Of a stretch of DNA of 32,000 nt, positions 28,399-32,000 are shown one piece after another (position 1 is the first letter of the stretch; the number at the start of each line of letters is the position of its first letter). The notes under the pieces are model-generated. The model searched no databases. It was given only the letters and a program-made list of their open reading frames with translations, and was not told the origin of the DNA. The position numbers and the translations under genes were made by a program. This DNA comes from an uncultured bacterium (GTDB lineage Bacteria; Pseudomonadota; Gammaproteobacteria; Coxiellales; Coxiellaceae): assembly GCA_965651935.1 (NCBI GenBank), contig CBFGTC010000001.1, positions 9,476 through 41,475 on the forward strand, written 5' to 3'.

Positions 28399-30225
28399 AT
28401 GAAGAAATGGTTAATTCCTCTTATAATTTTGTGCTTATTTATGACAGTGCGGTCAACTTGGGCGCAGCAACAAGAAGGAATTATTCAAATTACAGTACAC
28501 GGACTCGATGAGCCCTTAAAAACGCAAATTGTTAATTTACTCACCAATCGCAGCAGAGATATCACCACCCCCATCACTGAGGATAAAATCAATCAGTTTT
28601 ATCAAAAATCACCTTTGTTAATTCAAAAAGGCTTAGAACCTTATGGTTATTTTAATGCCCAAGTGAGGCCCACAATCTCACGCGCCGGTAATACCTGGGC
28701 TTTAGTTTTTTATGTTAATCGTGGCCCTCCGGTGCGAGTTATCCATGTGGATTTGCAAATTAGCGGCGAAGGTTCGCAAGATGAAGCGTTTTCTCACCTC
28801 TCCCAGAATATACCCATTAAATCCAGCCAAATTTTTACCGTCGATAATTACCAAGCTGCGAAAGATGCGCTTTTCAACCTAGCTTCTAACCGAGGTTATT
28901 TTGACGCCAAAATGAATTTAAGCCAAATTATTATGAATGTTCAGGCTAAACAAGCTTCGATCGTTTTGCACTTTGATACAGGGCGACGCTACCGGTTTGG
29001 GCCAACTTTATTCCCGCCTACGGATTTAAATTCAGATTTTTTAGCCCGCTATTTACGATATCGTGAAGGTGAATTTTACAATAATGCCGCAGTTCAAAAA
29101 ACTCAACAGGTGTTGGCCGGGAGTGGATATTTTTCTCAGACGGTAGTGACTCCTCTGCCTGCCCAGGCACAGGACAACAAAGTCCCTGTCAAAGTAGATT
29201 TGACCCCAGTTAAACCTCAACGCTACACCTTCGGCTTGGGTTATGGCACTGACACAGGCCCGCGGGGAACTGTGGGATTTAATTGGATACCTGTCAATTC
29301 TTATGGTCATCACATCAATTTTTTGGCGCGAGGGTCTTATCTTAAAATCAGCGATAAAAAACATCTGCAAAATAATACTATCAATGGCAGTTATATTATT
29401 CCCGGCAAAGACCCCAGCACGGATTCTTATGCGATTAGCGCCGGTTATGGCAATATAATCCAAGATTCCATCAGCGGATTCCCCAATGAAGCCGAAAGTT
29501 TTAAAGCTTCAGGCAGTTATAACACTTTATTTGGGGAAGATTGGTTACAAACTTTGGCGTTGACCTATCTGAATGAACGCTCAGCCTTTAATACAACCGG
29601 TTCAGACGGAACGGCAACGCAAGACCGGCACAATGCAATCTTGCTCTATCCTAGTGGCCACTGGGATTATATTCATGATCGCGCTATTTTACGTAATAAA
29701 ATTGTGAATAATGGCATTAGTGGCAGCTTAGACATTTTAGCCGCTTCGCAAGCCCTATTTTCAGAAACGAATGTCATTCAAATTAAAGCCGCCATGAAAG
29801 CCTTAGCGACTTTTGACCCTACCCATACTCGTTTTTTATTCCGTAGCCAAATCGGGAGAACTCAAATTGATAATATCAATGATTTGCCTTTAACTCTGCA
29901 ATTATATGCCGGAGGCCCTACCAGTATTCGCGGATATAAATATAACAGCATCGGCCCCGGTAAAAATTTGGTTATCGTCAGTGGGGAAATTCAGCAACGA
30001 GTATACAATAATTGGTATTTAGCGGCTTTTATTGATGCGGGCTCGGTTACCGAAACCAATCAACCTAAACCCAAGTATTTGAGAGAGGTTGCTGGTGCAG
30101 GCGTCGGAGTCGTGGTGTTAACCCCAATTGGATCGGTGGAATTGGATGTGGCACGTCCTTTACCAATTAATAACACTCCGCAAAAAACCTGGCAATTGGA
30201 ATTCTCAGTGGGAGCTGAACTTTAA
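28399..30225 (+). CDS. tamA: Translocation and assembly module outer-membrane protein TamA (Omp85 family)
   Basis: Signal peptide MKKWLIPLIILCLFMTVRSTWA, POTRA-like N-terminal repeats, and a C-terminal Omp85 barrel (..LYAGGPTSIRGY..). The track ORF starts at a TTG at 28390; I prefer ATG 28399. Confidence 0.85.
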   Translation: MKKWLIPLIILCLFMTVRSTWAQQQEGIIQITVHGLDEPLKTQIVNLLTNRSRDITTPITEDKINQFYQKSPLLIQKGLEPYGYFNAQVRPTISRAGNTWALVFYVNRGPPVRVIHVDLQISGEGSQDEAFSHLSQNIPIKSSQIFTVDNYQAAKDALFNLASNRGYFDAKMNLSQIIMNVQAKQASIVLHFDTGRRYRFGPTLFPPTDLNSDFLARYLRYREGEFYNNAAVQKTQQVLAGSGYFSQTVVTPLPAQAQDNKVPVKVDLTPVKPQRYTFGLGYGTDTGPRGTVGFNWIPVNSYGHHINFLARGSYLKISDKKHLQNNTINGSYIIPGKDPSTDSYAISAGYGNIIQDSISGFPNEAESFKASGSYNTLFGEDWLQTLALTYLNERSAFNTTGSDGTATQDRHNAILLYPSGHWDYIHDRAILRNKIVNNGISGSLDILAASQALFSETNVIQIKAAMKALATFDPTHTRFLFRSQIGRTQIDNINDLPLTLQLYAGGPTSIRGYKYNSIGPGKNLVIVSGEIQQRVYNNWYLAAFIDAGSVTETNQPKPKYLREVAGAGVGVVVLTPIGSVELDVARPLPINNTPQKTWQLEFSVGAEL

Positions 30226-32000
30226 TGAGCAGTTTGTTTTTAAAATGGATTATCACCCTATTCCGCTTTATCGGAATTTTGTTGATCAGTTCTATTTTCG
30301 CGCTGGGAATTTTACTACTCACCCCCTTAGGCTTAAAACTGAGTCTCGATATGCTTAATCAGAATATCCCTGGCCAATTGCATTACCAAAAAGTTCAAGG
30401 CATTATTTTTGGTCCACTGACTTTGCATAAAGTGAGTTACCAATACGAGGACCAATTATATACCGCCAGCCGGATCCATTTACGTTGGCATCCTTCTTCT
30501 CTGCTGGCGGGACAACTGGATATCATTTCGCTGAAAGTCGATGATTTAAATATCACCATCCCGCAAGCTCCTGCGCCTAAAACGGCTTTTTCATGGAGTC
30601 AATTGCAACAGGATTTGCAACGGGTCCGCCCGCAACTGACTTCTTTGCAATTGCCTTTTCAGTTAGAAATTAATTCCGCGGCCATTAAAAATTTTAGCTG
30701 GCGTCAACGTCCCGGCGCGCCCACCTTACAAGTTAAAGAAATAAAAATGCAAAATGTTCTCCTAGATCGAGAGCATTTACAAGGTGATGCACAAGCTCAA
30801 TTCATTCTCCCTTATGCATTACAAACTCAACTGAGTATCAAAGGCACACCGCAAGATTACCATTTTAATTTGCAGGCGAATAATCCACAAATGCGATGGA
30901 CTCTGGATGGCAAAGTGAATACTCATCAAGTTCAATTGGATGCGCCGCAAGTATTATTGTTTGGCGGGGAAATTAATGCCCATTTATTATGGCAGTGGGA
31001 ATCTCCTATGTCATGGCAATTGTCTTTAGCAGGCCGTCATTTAGATTTAAGCAGTATCGAGTCCAATTTACCCCAGCCTATTGAAATTTTTGTCAACTCT
31101 ACTGGATATTTAGGCCGTGACCATCCTCATTTTTCCTGGACTCTGAACTTAAAAACGCCTCAATCTCAATTAGATACTCAGGGGCAATTTGACCGGCAAT
31201 GGGATTTAAAATGGAATTTTAAAACTCGTCAATTGGCTGAGCTGTTTCCTTTTAGCAGCGGCTCTGTGCGCAGCCAAGGCGAATTGCATGGTTTATTGAC
31301 AAAGCCTTTAACGAAAGGTTTTTTGCAAGCCTATTTATTTCGTTGGCAAGACTATCGAGCCGACAAATTAAATATCAATTGGGATTTGGATATGGGAGAA
31401 AATAAAATCTCTCAGTTTCAAATTGCGGGGGAGGAGTTATTCTATCAAGCTTTTGAATTGCAAAAATTAAAATTGACTGGCACTGGAAGATTAAATCAAC
31501 ACCATTTGGATGCCGATGTCCGGGCTTATGATTCGCATTTAAATCTAGCGCTTGCCGGTGGTTATAATCAACAAGCTTGGCAAGGTTCTATCCAAAAATT
31601 AACTCTTAACGCTCCTTATGTGGGAGAGTTGCAATTGGTTCAGCCAACGGCTTTATTATTATCTTTGAAAAAATCAGAAGTCATGGCGTTATGCTTAAAA
31701 AACCCGTATCAAGCTCAAGTTTGTTTAAAAGCGACGTTGAATGGCATCGACAAAACTTGGCAAACGGCATTGACTGGCCGATTAAATTTTCAACAAATTT
31801 CAACTTTGGCTCCTGAAAATGTCTCAATAAATTTACCCATGAATATCCATTTTCGCGCCGAAGGCACAGCAGATAATTTAAAATCTTTACAAATGGATGC
31901 TAGTACCTCTGGTGGTGCGGTGAGTTTTAAAGGCGAAACTCCCGTGATAATTGAGATTCAAAATGGTCGACTGGCCGCTCATTTTGATAAAAATGGGGGA
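30225..32000 (+). CDS. tamB: Translocation and assembly module protein TamB, N-terminal 592 aa (runs off the right edge)
   Basis: My own translation from the TAATG overlap with tamA gives MSSLFLKWIITLFRFIGILLISSIFALGILLLTPLGL.. (signal-anchor). The frame then stays open with no stop to position 32000. Assignment rests on the position after tamA and the repetitive beta-rich sequence. Confidence 0.75.
   Translation, partial: MSSLFLKWIITLFRFIGILLISSIFALGILLLTPLGLKLSLDMLNQNIPGQLHYQKVQGIIFGPLTLHKVSYQYEDQLYTASRIHLRWHPSSLLAGQLDIISLKVDDLNITIPQAPAPKTAFSWSQLQQDLQRVRPQLTSLQLPFQLEINSAAIKNFSWRQRPGAPTLQVKEIKMQNVLLDREHLQGDAQAQFILPYALQTQLSIKGTPQDYHFNLQANNPQMRWTLDGKVNTHQVQLDAPQVLLFGGEINAHLLWQWESPMSWQLSLAGRHLDLSSIESNLPQPIEIFVNSTGYLGRDHPHFSWTLNLKTPQSQLDTQGQFDRQWDLKWNFKTRQLAELFPFSSGSVRSQGELHGLLTKPLTKGFLQAYLFRWQDYRADKLNINWDLDMGENKISQFQIAGEELFYQAFELQKLKLTGTGRLNQHHLDADVRAYDSHLNLALAGGYNQQAWQGSIQKLTLNAPYVGELQLVQPTALLLSLKKSEVMALCLKNPYQAQVCLKATLNGIDKTWQTALTGRLNFQQISTLAPENVSINLPMNIHFRAEGTADNLKSLQMDASTSGGAVSFKGETPVIIEIQNGRLAAHFDKNGG

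Noticed and set aside
28794-28804. TCACCTCTCCC inside tamA, identical to the left arm of repeat copy B
   Set aside because: It is only an 11-nt match inside a coding region, and the loop, right arm, A-run and distal block are all absent.

Overview
All identifications below come from reading motifs in the translations by eye; no database search was run. The window is a gene-dense chromosomal segment, roughly 40-43% GC by eye, from a Gram-negative bacterium. It is most likely a gammaproteobacterium, because it carries pyrG-kdsA-eno-ftsB synteny, tamA-tamB and sixA. The small LuxR solo and the cI-like HTH-S24 repressor are reminiscent of Legionellales/Coxiellaceae, but the taxon cannot be fixed from this sequence. 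No IS element, transposase, integrase, phage gene or CRISPR array is visible. The window has four blocks. (1) Positions 1-10974 hold an isoprenoid-to-hopanoid neighbourhood. It contains a short class I HMG-CoA reductase (partial, runs off the left edge), an ABC-2 exporter pair, IDI type 1, HpnH and an HpnO-like aminotransferase. These converge on a minus-strand operon of sqs, shc, hpnG and an MFS gene. That operon sits directly downstream of pyrG-kdsA-eno-ftsB. (2) Positions 15326-18520 hold an envelope glycolipid or lipid A remodelling cassette: a GT2 polyprenyl-phosphate glycosyltransferase, a small LAB_N membrane protein, an ArnT-like transferase and a PAP2 phosphatase. An M20 peptidase follows. 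(3) The next block holds a cI/LexA-like repressor translationally coupled to sixA, a divergent LuxR solo, an outer-membrane beta-barrel protein, and tRNA-Ala(GGC) plus tRNA-Glu(UUC). (4) The last block holds an archaeal/eukaryote-type proS, an epimerase-gltX-MFS operon, and tamA-tamB (tamB runs off the right edge). Several non-coding signals stand out. One is a dispersed hairpin repeat of about 60 nt with core GGAAGAGGTGAAAAAA, found in three convergent intergenic regions plus one degenerate copy. A second is a 15-nt motif shared by two intergenic regions. A third is a perfect 30-bp palindrome with a T-tract just upstream of pyrG. Several near-consensus sigma70 promoters are also present.
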